A stretch of DNA of 64,000 nt, from positions 32,426,001 to 32,490,000 of the forward strand of contig OX597842.1 of NCBI GenBank assembly GCA_951406725.2. Direction: 5' to 3'. The translations under genes were made by a program, and so were the position numbers. The stretch comes from Octopus vulgaris. Taxonomy: Eukaryota. The notes beneath the pieces are model-generated. The model had not been told where the DNA came from and made no database searches. It saw nothing but the letters and a program-made list of their open reading frames with translations. This document shows, one piece after another, positions 46,777 through 61,699 of the stretch. The first letter of the stretch is position 1, and each line of letters begins with the position of its first letter.

Positions 46777-47095
46777 TCCAGGATATTGCAGGTTCATAGA
46801 CACACAGACATACACACAAACACACACGTACACGCACACTCACATGTATGTACACATACATTCACTACTTGCAAACATGGACACGTAAGCAGAAACGGAT
46901 GTATATATGCGAGTCTAAACACGCGTATTGAAACAAGGAACGCACGTGTAAACACGGTGACACACGTGACCGATTCTGCGGTCACGTGAACAAACTTGAG
47001 TAAAGCCTGTCGATTGAGTTATTAAGAAATTTGTGTGTGTATATACATAAAAGCCGACACACACATACACACACACACACACACATACACACACG

Positions 47096-47137
<42 letters not shown>

Positions 47138-47231
47138 TATTTATCAATCTATCTCTTACTCTCTCTATGTATACCCACACAAGCACACACACACACACTC
47201 ATATTCATACACACATATATATATATATATA

Positions 47232-47667
<436 letters not shown>

Positions 47668-47813
47668 TTGCATGTGTGATGGAGGGGGTGCTTGGAGGCC
47701 GTACTAGGAAGAGCGCATGCGCTGAAAGAGTGTGTGACATCTTGAAGCTGCGAGACGTGACGTAGAGGAGAACCCATCATAAGAAAGAATAAAGTCACTG
47801 CTGCTGCTGCTAT

Positions 47814-47878
<65 letters not shown>

Positions 47879-47897
47879 ATTATTATTATTATTATTA

Positions 47898-48040
47898 TCC
47901 TTTTGACTAGAACAAGTGAAATTTTGGGAGCGAGCAGGGAGTAGTCGATTACACAAACCCCAGTACTTGACTGGTACTTAATTTATCGACCTCGAAAGTA
48001 TAAAAAGCAAAGCCGACCTCGGCGGAGTTTGAAATCAGAA
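47898..48040 (-). mobile_element. SINE family B fragment
   Basis: cccagtacttgactggtacttaatttatcgacc...ccgacctcggcggagtttgaaatcagaa. Confidence 0.8.
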
Positions 48041-48112
48041 CACTACTACTACTACTACTACCTTTACTACTACTGGTAATAATAGTAATAATAATGATAA
48101 TAATAATAATGG

Positions 48113-48476
48113 TCCTGGGTTCAGTCCCACTGCGTGGCATCTTGGGCAAGTGTTTTCTGCTATAGCCCTGGGCCAACCAAAGCCTTGTGAGTGGATTTGG
48201 TAGACGGAAACTGAAAGAAGCCCGTCGTATATATGTATGTATATATATGTGTGTGTGTGTGTATGTTTATATGTCTGTGTTTGTCCCCCTAGCATTGCTT
48301 GACAACCGATGCTGGTGTGTTTACGTCCCCGTCACTTAGCGGTTCTGCAAAAGAGACCGATAGAATAAGTAGTGGGCTTACAAAGAATAAGTCCTGGGGT
48401 CGATTTGCTCGACTAAAGGCAGTGCTCCAGCATGGCCGCAGTCAAATGACTGAAACAAGTAAAAGAGTAAAAGAGT
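48113..48476 (+). mobile_element. SINE family A, 5'-truncated
   Basis: gggttcagtcccactgcg ... aaacaagtaaaagagtaaaagag. Confidence 0.92.
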
Positions 48477-48639
48477 ATATATACATACACACATACATAC
48501 ATTTAAACATACATATTTATATATATATACATACACATAAATATATACATACATACGTACGAACATACATACAAACATATAAATATACATACCTACCTAC
48601 ATAAATATACATACATATATTTATTCTCTTGAAAAACGC

Positions 48640-48979
48640 CGCCGCCGTGGTGATCTCATTCTCGCCCACAACATCATAAGCGGAAAGTGTAACCTCTCGA
48701 AAGAGCTGTTCTTCACTCCTACTCCAGAGTGTCGGCTGCGGAGTCATTCCGAAAAGCTCTACCTGCGACGATTTCATCTTAATCGAAGGAGAGGAGCTTT
48801 CTCCGTCCGGGTTGCGGATCCGTGGAACAAGCTGCCAGACGAGATGGTGAAGATGCCGACGACCACTTTGTTCAAAGCCTCCCTTGACCTCAAGTGGCCT
48901 GAACTCTTTACATGAACACCACCCTGTACTTAACTCCATGTCCCCCTACATGGCCTTGCTATTTGCTTTTGAGCCAAAT

Positions 48980-49015
<36 letters not shown>
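48640..49015 (+). mobile_element. CR1-like LINE 3' end with (TAAC)n tail
   Basis: Same terminal ORF as 1439-1885, then 3'UTR and aattaactaactaactaac... Confidence 0.85.
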
Positions 49016-49057
49016 ATATATATGTATATACATACATATATACACACATGTGTAGGT

Positions 49058-49265
49058 ATGTGGCGTTGTGGTCAGGGTCTAAAACTGATGATCGTAGGAT
49101 CTTAATTTCGATTCTAGGAGCCGGTGCGGTGTATCGTCCTTTTGAGCAATCACTTCGCTCGTGTTTACTCAGCTGGCAAAAATGGATAATCGAGGGGCCC
49201 AACCGGCGTCCAGCGATAAGTGTAGGGCAGTGTATGCGCCACAAAATCCAGGAAGTCGGCCTAAC
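49058..49265 (+). mobile_element. Old diverged tRNA-derived SINE
   Basis: gtggcgttgtggtcagg...gatcgtaggatc..tttcgattctagga resembles the family C/D head. Confidence 0.5.
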
Positions 49266-49436
49266 GAGTTAATATTTCAGGAAGAGCCGATGCTTCTTTC
49301 GACATAAATGTAAAGATCTTCAGGACAGCAGCTCTGATGAGTCGCAAGTATTGCGAAGTGCAATAGCAAACGCGAAACCAATGATAATGATTGGTTTATA
49401 TGTCGTAACAAAAGTATATGTAACAAAATGTAACGT

Positions 49437-49513
<77 letters not shown>

Positions 49514-49785
49514 CATCCATCTATCCATCCCTCTCTCTCTCTCTCTCTCTCTATCTGTCTATTTATCTATCTGTCTGTATATCTGTCCGTCTGCCTGCCT
49601 ATGTATTTATATATCTGTTGGTGTCTGTCCGTCTGTCTGTTTGTCTGTCTACCTATCTATCTATGCATACATACACACATACATACATATACATACATAC
49701 ATATACATACATACATATACATACATACATATATATATTTAGACAAAGTATTTAAAGATAAATAGACAGACAGACAGATAGATAA

Positions 49786-49830
<45 letters not shown>

Positions 49831-50015
49831 CAGATAGACATATAGAGAGATAGACGAATAACCAGCTAGCTTGCTTGATAATTAAAGGGATATACAGAAA
49901 GATAGATAGACAGATACCCGGATGCACAGATACACAGATACATAGATAGACAGATACACAGTTGGATAGGCAGACAGATATATACACAAGTGAATAGACG
50001 GCTATATAATGAGAG

Positions 50016-50055
<40 letters not shown>

Positions 50056-50095
50056 GTAAAGAAATATACTCCAATTAAAACAAAAACAAAATGAA

Positions 50096-50134
<39 letters not shown>

Positions 50135-50246
50135 ATATATATATATATATATATATATAGAGCTAAAATCCTCAGAAAAAAAAGGAAAAATTGAAGTGAA
50201 CTATAAAAATACGTAGAAATACATTACAACAACAATAATGTCAACG

Positions 50247-50277
<31 letters not shown>

Positions 50278-50940
50278 CGACGACAGCAAGAACAGCATCA
50301 ACAATGAATAAACCCCCACATAACAGCCAGGACAGAAGCGGCAAGGAATTTAAAACGCGGAATGTGTCTATATAACGAGTAAAAAGAAAAAGCAAAATGG
50401 CGAATAAAAAAAGGGGGAAAACGATTAAAACGCGCGCACACTTAACTCCCTCCACACACAAACACATACTTACACACACACACATATGCATGTATGTATG
50501 TATGTATATATATACGTACATACATACATGTATATGGGCACATAGGATGTAATCAAAATGGAGGCGACGGCAAATAAATATTTATTTACAGCCAAGAGGA
50601 AAGTTCTATCACTGTTCTACAGTTGTCAGTAGGGACGCTCACAAACGCTCCTCCTCGGCACACATATATGTACACACGTGCGTGTGTGTACGTATATATG
50701 TATTTATATATGTGTGTATATACGTATATATATATATGTATATGTATACATCCATTTATTGGTACATTTAGATACACAGGCATATATATATATATATATA
50801 TATGCGCATACATATTACATATACACTCACACACATACGTACATGTATATAGATTCATAGATACATGCATATATGCATTATATATACATATATACATATG
50901 GGTGTGTATAAATATATATATATATGTGTGTGTGTGTGTG

Positions 50941-51005
<65 letters not shown>

Positions 51006-51042
51006 TTGCAGATATATCTATGTATATATATATTCATATATA

Positions 51043-51103
<61 letters not shown>

Positions 51104-51774
51104 GTATATCTATCTATATATGGTTGCGTCTCTGTACATATGTATGTATGTATGTATGTGTATGTATGTATGTTTGTATGTATGTATGTATGTATGTATG
51201 TATGTATGTATGTATGTATGTATATATGTGTGTATGTATGTCTATATGTATGTATGTATATATGTATGTAAGTATGTATTGCATATAGTCCATGATTCAC
51301 CCGAAAAGTGAAGGCACATATCAAGGAAAGGAGAGTGGCGGAGGTACAGGAGAGCAAGGAGAGAAATGGGAGATTGAGACCTGCTTTAGATTAAAACGGC
51401 CACTGGGACTTAGAAGCGGTCTTGTGACATCCCTTCATGCACAACTTTCACATACACCTACTTATACATACACACACATATATAAATAAATATATACACA
51501 CATACATGTATATATATATATATATATAAATATATATAATTGTGTGTGAGTGTGTTTCTGTGCGCATGCTTGTATTGATGAGTATTGGAGCATCGGTACG
51601 GCTCGACTGTAACCGTCGAGAAAATCCTTTCACCACCTCATCGACACCGCTCCATCCAGCGCTGTCTCTGCAGCGGGTGATTATGAGCGCACATTCCACA
51701 CTTCTGTTTTGATTGCATGTCGTGTTGCGTGCATGAAAGCCGCCATATGTAGTAAAGCATCGTTTGTGCTACCA

Positions 51775-51812
<38 letters not shown>

Positions 51813-51978
51813 ACGTGTATTTGTACTCAATTTCACACATTTATAGGCGTACATTTAAAAGTTGTGGTTCACTATATCTTTTAATGGCGGTGCCCCAGCA
51901 TGGCCACAGCTAGTGAGCTGAAACTAGATAAATAAATAAAAAATAAATAAAAATACATACATACACACACACACACAA

Positions 51979-52040
<62 letters not shown>

Positions 52041-52074
52041 GTATATATATATATATACAGGTATATATACATAC

Positions 52075-52258
52075 ATAGGGAGAATTCACACAAAAACAAA
52101 AGACAAAGACAGGTGGTGTAGACAACAAACAGATGTATTAATGTAACGCTCAGGAATTGAAAAAGTCTTTAATGTTTCGAGCCTACGCTCTTACGCAGAA
52201 AGGAACACAGAAAGGAAAAAGGAGAGAAAATAAAGATTGTGTAGTAGCTAGCCATCTA
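52075..52258 (-). mobile_element. Family H1 element with degenerate hammerhead (52166-52203)
   Basis: Reverse complement CCTTT CTGCGTA A GAGC GTAG GCTC GAAAC ATT AAAGA...ttcctgagcg, collinear with 7300-7540 and ending at TA. Confidence 0.65.
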
Positions 52259-52479
52259 CGTACACATATTTGTGTGTGTGTACATATATATTTTCTGGGG
52301 AAGAATCTCGGCCGTTGGTGGGGGTCAAGTGGGATTGTCAGACGAAATAATTGTAACTAAAAACAGAATTGTAAATCTCCCTTATACTCCCATGTCAGAA
52401 CTCCTCCCACTTAAACCCAGACATCGAATACAAAATGGCGGAAAAGAAGGAGTGTGAGATGCGATGAATGAATTTTGAC

Positions 52480-52883
52480 GCGAATGAAAGAGAAAGGGCT
52501 GTTGAAATGAATAAGTGCAACTAAGATAGGGGAATATATAGGAAAATGTGAAAGAAATTTATGAGGAAGGAAATATTATTGAAAAAGAAAAGGATTATAA
52601 TTATAAGGAATGAAGTAAATGTGGAAAGATAGGAAGAAATTTGGAAGAAGAAGAATTGAAGAAAGACGGAAATGAAAATGAGAAGGAGGAAGAAGAGAAA
52701 GAATGAATAACTGGGAATGAGTCAGAAGGAAAAGAAGGATACGAAGAAAAGGAAAGGAGGAATGAAAATAAAGAATCGATGAAATAGAGAAGATCAAGAA
52801 CATAAGGAATGAGGAAGAAGAAGAAGAAGAAGAAGAAGAAGAAGAAGAAGAAGAAGAAGAAGAAGAAGAAGAAGAAAAAGAAG

Positions 52884-52915
<32 letters not shown>

Positions 52916-53497
52916 GAAGAAGAAGAAGAAGAACGATGGAATTATTGAATGAAAGACGAAGAAAATGTCAGAGAAAGAGGCCATGAAATAAAATAGAAAA
53001 AGAAAAAATGAAGGAAGGAGAGAAATAGAAAGAACGTGAAATGAAAGAAGCATAAGTGATAGAAAGAGAAATGGAAGAAAATAATGAAGGGGTGAGGAAA
53101 GGAAAGAAAGAAGGAAGAAGTAAATAAAGAAACCAGCAGAAGAAAGAATGCAAAGAAGAAAGAAGGAAGAAGGAATTATTCAATGAAAGACAAAGAAAGA
53201 AGAAAGAGTGAAAGAAACGAGGAAAGAATAAAAAGAATGAATAAAGAGAGAAGGCTTCAATGAAAGAAAATTAAATGAGAAAGAAAAATGCAAGATAAGT
53301 AAGCAAAGGAAAAATGGGAAAGGAGAAAAAGATGAGGAAGAAGAAATGAAAGATGAAAGGGAATGAGATAGAACGAATGAAAATATACGAAAGACAGAAA
53401 ATAATGAGAGTAAAGAAAAAATAGGGAAAGAATGAAAGAAGAATGAAAATGAAAAAGGGGACGGCACAAGTAAAGAAAGGGGAAAGAGGGAAAGAGC

Positions 53498-53529
<32 letters not shown>

Positions 53530-54620
53530 AGGAGAGTAAACGAAAGATGGAAAAAAACAGCACAAATCATAAAGAAGGAAAATTGAAAGAGAAGTGGAAT
53601 TGAGTAAAGAAGAATAACTGAAAGAGAAAAGACGAAGAAAGGGAGAGGGAGAGAAAAGAGGGGGAGAAAGGGGGAACTGGGGAGAGAGAGAAAGAGAAAA
53701 GAGGGGAGAAAGAGAGAGAGATAAAGAAAGAGAAAAGTAAAGGTTTAAAATATCAATTAGGAAAAGAATGAGGAAGAGGAGAGAGAAAGAATGCGAGGGC
53801 GAGAGGAAGAGAGAAATGATGAAAGGGAAGGAGAGAGAGATAGAAAGCTGGAGGGAGAGGAAAAAGATAGAAGAGAGAGAGGAAGAGAAAGCGAGAGAGA
53901 GAGAGAAATAGTATGAGAGGCGAAAAGGAAGGGAATGAAAAAGAGAGGTAGAAAGAAAGAGAGAGAGAGTGAGAAAGCGAGAGGGAGAGGAAAAGATAGA
54001 AGAGGGAGAGGAAGAGAGAAGGAACGAGCTAGAGAAAAGAGGAAGAGAGAGAGAGGCAGAGAAAGTGAGAGAGGGAGAGAAAGCGAGAGAGGGAGAGAAA
54101 GCGAGAGAGGGAGAGAAAGCAAGAGAGGGTGAGAAAGCGAGAGAAAGAGTGAGAAAAAAGAGAGAGAAGGAGAGAGAAAGATAGAGAGAGAGAGAAAGGA
54201 GGAGAGAAAAGGAGAAAGGACAAGAGAAAGAAAGAAAAAAGACGAAGAAAAATGAGCGAAAAATAAATAAAAACATGAAATGATTAAAAAGGAAAGAAAT
54301 AGTTAAAAATGAATGCGCATGTAAAAGAGAAAGAGAGAGAGAGACAGAGAGAGAGGGGGAGGGAAAGAGAGAGAGAGACAGAGAGAGGGGGAGGGAAAGA
54401 GGGAGAGAGAAAGAGGGAGAGTGAGAGGGAACAGAAAAAAACAGACAGCCGGACATGCAATTTAATAAAACTACATAAAACAGAAAGTTGCGGTGAGAGG
54501 AGGGAAGGCGGGAGAGAGAGAGAGAGAGAGAGGGGTAGGGGAGAAGGTAGGTCGGGACAGATGAAAACAACAACAACAACAACAAGAACAACAAAAAAGT
54601 AAAAAAAAAAAAAAAAAGAA
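52480..54620. repeat. ~2.1-kb purine-rich low-complexity tract including (GAA)n and an 18-bp tandem (gagagggagagaaagcga)
   Basis: Directly visible. Confidence 0.9.
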
Positions 54621-54989
54621 ATTAAAGGCTTTTGACCCCCGTAATGGGTTTTAAGCGATTTGAGAGTAATCTCTTAAAGACTTCGGGGATTCTCTAACGA
54701 CCAGACGTGTGTTGATACGCGTGTGGGGTTTCTTTTATAGCAAAGAATTTAGAGAAATGGGAGACGTCGGAAACTATCTAGTCTTAATACGAATGTGTAT
54801 GCGCATGTATGTGTGTTATATGTATGTGGACGCACACGTGCGTGTGTATATATAATGGCTATAAATGTCAGTAAAGCTTTGCCGAAAGGTGATTCCTGTA
54901 CACGCAGTGACACATCTGTCTGCGTATATATATATGTATATATATATGTATATGTATATATATATATGTATATATATATATGTATATAT

Positions 54990-55121
<132 letters not shown>

Positions 55122-55469
55122 GTATATATATATGTATACATATATACAAGCTTATAGAAATATGTGTCTATGGATATGCTTAAATATATGTATGTATAAT
55201 ATATATATGTGTGTGTGTGTATCTATATGATATGTGGATTTGTGTGAATGTATGCACGCATATATGTATAAATATATGTGCATATGCGTGTATGTGTGTA
55301 TGTGCGCATACGAAAGAAAATAAAAGCATTTAACATGCGTGTGTTAAATAACAAAAGAGTGAACTTTCTACACACGATCGGTGCAAATCTCGGGGTTGGT
55401 AACGTTGAGGGAAATCGAGAGATTTTTGTATATTGAAGATGGGTGTGTGTGTGTGTTTGTATATGTATG

Positions 55470-55548
<79 letters not shown>

Positions 55549-55553
55549 GCACA

Positions 55554-55612
<59 letters not shown>

Positions 55613-55615
<3 letters not shown>

Positions 55616-55746
55616 CGCAGGAGTGGCTGTGTGGTAAGTTGCTTACCAACAACATGGTTCCGGGTTCAGTTCCACTGCGTGGCACCTTGGGCAAGTGTCT
55701 TCTACTATGCCGTCTCAGTGGATTTGACCAAAACCTTGTAGTGGAT
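55613..55746 (+). mobile_element. SINE A 5' half with a rearranged end
   Basis: ggcgcaggagtggctgtgtgg...cttctactat. Confidence 0.85.
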
Positions 55747-55760
55747 TATATATATATATA

Positions 55761-55889
<129 letters not shown>

Positions 55890-56064
55890 GTTTATATATA
55901 TGTTGTGCAAGATTTTTTATGTGAAGTCGAGTGTTGAAACAGATATTGTTATATTTCGGAATGGTCATTTTGCCAGTTTAGCCAATAAAAACACACGCAC
56001 TATATATTTGGTGTTACTTTGCTTCAGTGTTATTTATTTTTTACATTAATCTTAATCTTATTTC

Positions 56065-56108
56065 GGCCAGAGTTCTTTCGTCACACTCCTGTGACCGCAT
56101 CAGTGGTC
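56065..56108 (-). ncRNA. Minimal hammerhead-like motif with a variant core
   Basis: Reverse complement GACCA CTGATGCG GTCACA GGAG TGTGAC GAAA GAAC TC TGGCC: 6-bp stem II, 3-bp stem I, CUC triplet. Confidence 0.55.
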
Positions 56109-56169
56109 CTTTGTTTTCTTCTTTCTTATTTGTGTCTCTCCTTACTAACCGTCAGCCATACACATACAT

Positions 56170-56313
56170 AGGCGCGCGAGTGGCTGTGTTGTAAGAACTA
56201 CCCGACTACATGGTTCTGCGTGGCACCTTGGGCAAGTGTCTTCTACTATAGCCTCGGACCGATCAAAGCCTTGTGAGTGGATTTGGTAGACGGAAACTGA
56301 AAGAATCCCATCG
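56170..56313 (+). mobile_element. SINE A 5' half, internally deleted
   Basis: gagtggctgtg...gcaccttgggcaagtg...gaaagaatcccatcg. Confidence 0.85.
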
Positions 56314-56419
56314 TATGTATGCATGCGTGTGTGCATGTGCATGTTGTGTGTGTTTGTTCCCCATCATGTGGCTAAGAAGCTCAGGATCGTAAGCAGATCC
56401 ACATGGGTTCATATTGGCG

Positions 56420-56720
56420 GCACAAGATCAAAGCTTGGTGACCAATACTACCGGTTAACATTTCTTCAAAACGGTTCTGACCTTAAATGCAGATTCTGCG
56501 ATAAAATTGATGAAACTATGGATCTTCTCGTCTTAGGATGTCCTGTGCTGACACCAAACGAAAGCAAAAATCGCCACGATAGGGTAGGACAGTATTTACA
56601 CTGGAAAATATGTAAACACTCGTACAAAATCGGCGCTCCTGCTTACTGGTATGAACACCACCCTGAGCCAGTTGTTGAAGGTTAAAGTGCCACTATCCTC
56701 TGGGATTTTCCAACGATTCA
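56420..56720 (+). mobile_element. R4/Dong-clade retrotransposon fragment (zinc-knuckle region)
   Basis: KCRFCDKIDETMDLLVLGCPVLTPNESKNRHDRVGQYLHWKICK...WYEHHPEPVVEG then, after a frameshift, ATILWDF. CCHC, RHD and LWDF motifs typical of RLE elements, with the knuckle His lost. Confidence 0.85.
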
Positions 56721-56765
56721 CATGTGGTTACAATGTATACCCCCCCCCACACACACATATATATA

Positions 56766-57262
56766 GGCATAGGCGTGGCTGTACAGTAAGAACCACATGG
56801 TTCCGGGTTCAGTCCCACTGCGTGGCACCTTGGACAGGTGTCTTCTACTATAGCCTTGGGCCAACCAAAGCCTTGTGAGTGGATTTGGTAGACGGAAACT
56901 GAAAGAAGCCCGTCGAATATATCTATATCTATATGTATGTATGCATGTATGTATATATGTAAATATGTATGTATGTGTGTATGTATGTATGTATGTATGC
57001 ATGTATGTATGTATGTATGTATGTATGTATGTATGTATGTATGTATGTATGTATTTGTGTGTCTGTGTTTATCCGCCCACCAGCGCTTGATGGCCGACGT
57101 TAGTGTGTTAACGTCCCTGTAACATTAGCGTTCGGGAAAACAGACTGATAGAATAAGTTCTAGGCTTACAAAGATTAAGTCCTGGGGTCGATTCGTTCGT
57201 CTAAATGCGTTGCTCCAGCATGGCCGCAGTCACATGATTGAAACAAGTAAAAGAGTAAAAGA
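56766..57262 (+). mobile_element. SINE family A, full length with expanded internal (TATG)n
   Basis: Head, body and tail all present. Confidence 0.88.
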
Positions 57263-57431
57263 ATATATATATGTGTATGTGTGTATGTGTGTGTAAGTGT
57301 GTAGCTCATATATATATATATATATATACGCAAAAATCGACATAAACTTTTACGTGCAGGAATAAATACACACAACCACACACACAACCACACGACCACA
57401 CACACACACAACCACACACACAACCACACGA

Positions 57432-57495
<64 letters not shown>

Positions 57496-57984
57496 CCGCA
57501 CACAGCCACACACACACACACACCTCTACCCGTCCACCTGCGCACGAAAGCGAGGGCATTATTTAAAAGTCGTCGCCGCCGCTCTCCATCACACGTCGGT
57601 CGATCGTAATAGCCAAGGCACCGGTCTCTAACCGCCGACTCATCACCTCCGACCAAATCACCAGGGAACCATTTAACCATTTTTCCCCCTCTTTCCCTCC
57701 CACCCACACACCGCCACCGTCACCGCCCGCTACAGCGCATCTCCTCCCTCACTTCTCCTCCGTCTCCTTTCCACATCTCCACGTCCACGCCGCTCCGCCG
57801 CTTCCATAACTCCACGCTCTCTCTTCTTCTTTTATTTATATATTTATTTATTTTAATCTATATTACGTTATTTATTTATATATTTTTTAATTTTTTTATT
57901 TCATCTAGTTTCAGCTCACGAGCTGTGGCCATGCTGGGGCACCGCCATATATATACATATATATACACATACCTGTACACACAT

Positions 57985-58017
<33 letters not shown>

Positions 58018-58051
58018 CACATATACATGTATATATATATACATATACATG

Positions 58052-58088
<37 letters not shown>

Positions 58089-58132
58089 ATACACATATAC
58101 ATGTATATATATATACATATACATGTATATAT

Positions 58133-58215
<83 letters not shown>

Positions 58216-58254
58216 CACATATACATGTATATATATACATATACATGTGTATAT

Positions 58255-58324
<70 letters not shown>

Positions 58325-58547
58325 ATATTCATTTATTTATTTATAGTTTTTTTAATGGCGGCCTTCTTCCATTCAGGAATCTTGTTTTCTTCGTTTTCTT
58401 TCTTCTCTTCTTTTTCATAATCTCTCTCTTTAGCTTTGTCCTTTCTTTCTCTCTTTCTTTCTTATTTTCTCTTCTGTATTTATTAAATCGTTTCTATACA
58501 CTTTTTTTATATATACTTCTTAATGCTTCTCAATAGTTGTATATCTA

Positions 58548-58582
<35 letters not shown>

Positions 58583-58653
58583 ATCTATCTATCTATCTGT
58601 CTCTCTCTCTGTCTCTCTCTATCTATCTATCTGTCTGTCTGTCTGTCTATCTG

Positions 58654-58726
<73 letters not shown>

Positions 58727-58749
58727 TATTCTATCTGTCAGTCTGTCTG

Positions 58750-58804
<55 letters not shown>

Positions 58805-58824
58805 CTCTCTCTCTCTCGCTATCA

Positions 58825-58897
<73 letters not shown>

Positions 58898-58930
58898 ACA
58901 ATCTAACTCTCTCTCTCTCTCTCTCTCTTG

Positions 58931-59008
<78 letters not shown>

Positions 59009-59087
59009 CTCTCGCTATCAATCTATCTATATATCTATCTACCTATCTACCTATCTATCTGTCTATCTATCTCTCTCTATATTTTTT

Positions 59088-59265
59088 ATTCTTTTACTTG
59101 TTTCAGACATTTAACTGCGGCCATGCTGTAGCATCGTCTTTTAATCTAAGAATTCAACTCCATGACTTATTCTTTGTAAGCCCAGTAATTATTTTATTGG
59201 GACCCTTTTGCCGAACCGCTGTGTTTCGGGGACGTGACAAGTGATGTTGGGGACAAACACAGATA

Positions 59266-59305
<40 letters not shown>

Positions 59306-59550
59306 TATACACATATATATACGACAGGCTTCATTCGGTTTCCGTCTAGCAACTCCACTCATAAGGCTTTGGTCTGCCCGAGGCTATAGTAGAAGGCACT
59401 TGCCCACGTTGCCATGCAGTGGAATTGAACCCGGAACAATTTGGTTGGGAAGTAAGCTTCTTACCACAAACCCACGCCTATAGTAGAAGACACTTTCCCA
59501 AGGTGTCACGCAGTGGGAATGAACCCGGAACCCTGTGGTTGGTAAGCAAG
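59088..59550 (-). mobile_element. SINE family A, diverged, with a partial head duplication
   Basis: cttttacttgtttcag...cttaccacaaaccc, then a repeat of tatagtagaagacactt...ggtaagcaag. Confidence 0.82.
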
Positions 59551-59651
59551 CAAAGAAGAAGAAGAAGAAGAAGAAGAAGAAGAAGAAGAAGAAGAAGAAG
59601 AAGAAGAAGAAGAAGAAGAAGAAGAAGAAGAAGAAGAAGATTAATGATGAT

Positions 59652-59870
59652 CTTCTCTACTTTAGACACAAAACCTCAACTTTAGGGGAGGGGGCGAGTC
59701 GATTACATTGACCCTAGTTTTTCACTGGTACCTTTTTTTATCGAACCCGGATGGATGAAAGGCAAAATCGATTCTGGCGGAATTCGAACTCGGAACGTAA
59801 GGATGGCCGAAATGAAATGCCGTCAAGCATTTTGCCCGGCGTGCTACCGATTCTGCCAGATAACTTGCCT
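59652..59870 (-). mobile_element. SINE family B
   Basis: ttctctactttagacacaa...gaattcgaactcggaacgtaa...gcccggcgtgctaccgattctgccag. Confidence 0.82.
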
Positions 59871-59871
59871 C

Positions 59872-59958
<87 letters not shown>

Positions 59959-60577
59959 ATTAATAATATGAGGAAGACTAAATGTCACATATAAAAGAAA
60001 GAAGGGGGAGTACGATGGAGAGAGAGAGAGGGATTGAGATGGAGAGTTGGAGGCGTGGGGAAGCACGGTCCGTGGGTAAGAGAGACCATTGAAAAAATAT
60101 GTCGTTGCCGTAGAGTCCCAGGAGAGGAAAAACAATCTGGTTTTATGACCATCCCTGTCGAAAATGTCCCCCTTGGAGATTAAATAAACACTTAACGACT
60201 CGCGCCTTCTCTTGCCTCTTGTATTGTCTACTTTCACTTTCCCTCCCCCTTTTATGATTATTGTAGGGATCTGTGTGTGTGTGTTTTTTTACCTCCGCCT
60301 TCGCTCTTCTGTCGTATATTTACTTCCGTTTTTAGTAATGAATCCTGCGTATGTACGTGTGTGTTCATGTGTATTGGTATATGTGTGTGTGTGTGTGTGT
60401 GCGTGTGTGTGTATCTATCTTTGTGTCTATCTGCCTGCTTATCTGTCTGTTTGTCTCTCTCTCTCTCTCTCTATCTGTCTTTATTATATATCTTCTGAAG
60501 TTCATGTCTCTACATACCACGTACACACACACACACATACACACACACACACATATATATATCGATATATATGTATA

Positions 60578-60865
60578 TATATATGTATATATATATACAT
60601 ATATATAAGATATATATATACATATATATATAAGCATATATATATACATATATATATATATATTTACACATGTATATGGATATGTATATATATATGTATG
60701 TATTTATATATGCATATATCGATATATATGCATATATAAATACATACATATATATATACATATCCATATACATGTGTAAATATATATATATATATGTATA
60801 TATATATGCTTATATATATATGTATATATATATCTTATATATATGTATATATATATACATATATA
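60578..60865. repeat. Long inverted repeat, ~142-bp arms, 4-nt loop (60720-60723)
   Basis: Non-TA landmarks (taaga/tctta, aagc/gctt, tttacacatg/catgtgtaaa, tgga/tcca) mirror about position 60721.5. Confidence 0.9.
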
Positions 60866-60901
60866 CATATATATGTACATATATATATATGTATATATGT
60901 A

Positions 60902-61017
<116 letters not shown>

Positions 61018-61054
61018 CATAAATATACATATATATATATAAGCATATACATAC

Positions 61055-61165
61055 ATAGAAAACAAAAGACGTGAATGTGTATTAGTTTAACACTCGGAAA
61101 GGATGTGAAAGTGTTTCACTTTTCGAGCCTGCGCTCTTCGGCAGAAAAAACTGGAGACAGAAAAA
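61055..61165 (-). mobile_element. Family H1 fragment with degenerate hammerhead (61114-61147)
   Basis: Reverse complement TTT CTGCCGA A GAGC GCAG GCTC GAAA AGTG AAA. Confidence 0.55.
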
Positions 61166-61184
61166 TGTTCAGAATTCAACGGTC

Positions 61185-61590
61185 CAGCGTTGGATTAACC
61201 ATTAAGCAAAATAAGCACGTGGTTAGGACATCAAGGGTAGGAGGGGGGCACCACAGAAATAGTAAATGGTTAACGGCACAAAAGAAATCACTTTAAACTT
61301 GGTAAATTAATATTCGGGATGCCTTTATCTCTACTAAATATAGATGCAGATGTGTTATCTGAGATTAATTTTGAGGATCTGATCAAAGACTTTGCAATTC
61401 AAAAAAGTAGGAGGAAACTTCAAATATAAATAAAATGGAAAAATACAAAAATAAACATTATTTTCCCTCTTACTGTTTTGTTTCGTTTCGAAAAATACAA
61501 ATTTATTTCAGGGTTTGTTATTGTTTATATTTTGCGTTACATAATCTTTTATGGGGGCACCAAAATCTTTTAAGTGTTTAGGGTCCTGAT
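61185..61590 (+). mobile_element. Internally deleted hAT transposon with a C-terminal dimerisation-domain remnant (61325-61429)
   Basis: LSLLNIDADVLSEINFEDLIKDFAIQKSRRKLQI* resembles hAT C-termini. Starts CAGCG. Subterminal gggggcacca occurs near both ends. Confidence 0.72.
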
Positions 61591-61699
61591 TATTACGTTA
61601 TCGGGTACATCGTCATTTTGATGTTTCATAACGACATATTTCCAAGCAATCAACGGATGATATAATAAGCATTTTAGCCTCGAAGCACGAAAATTCCTT

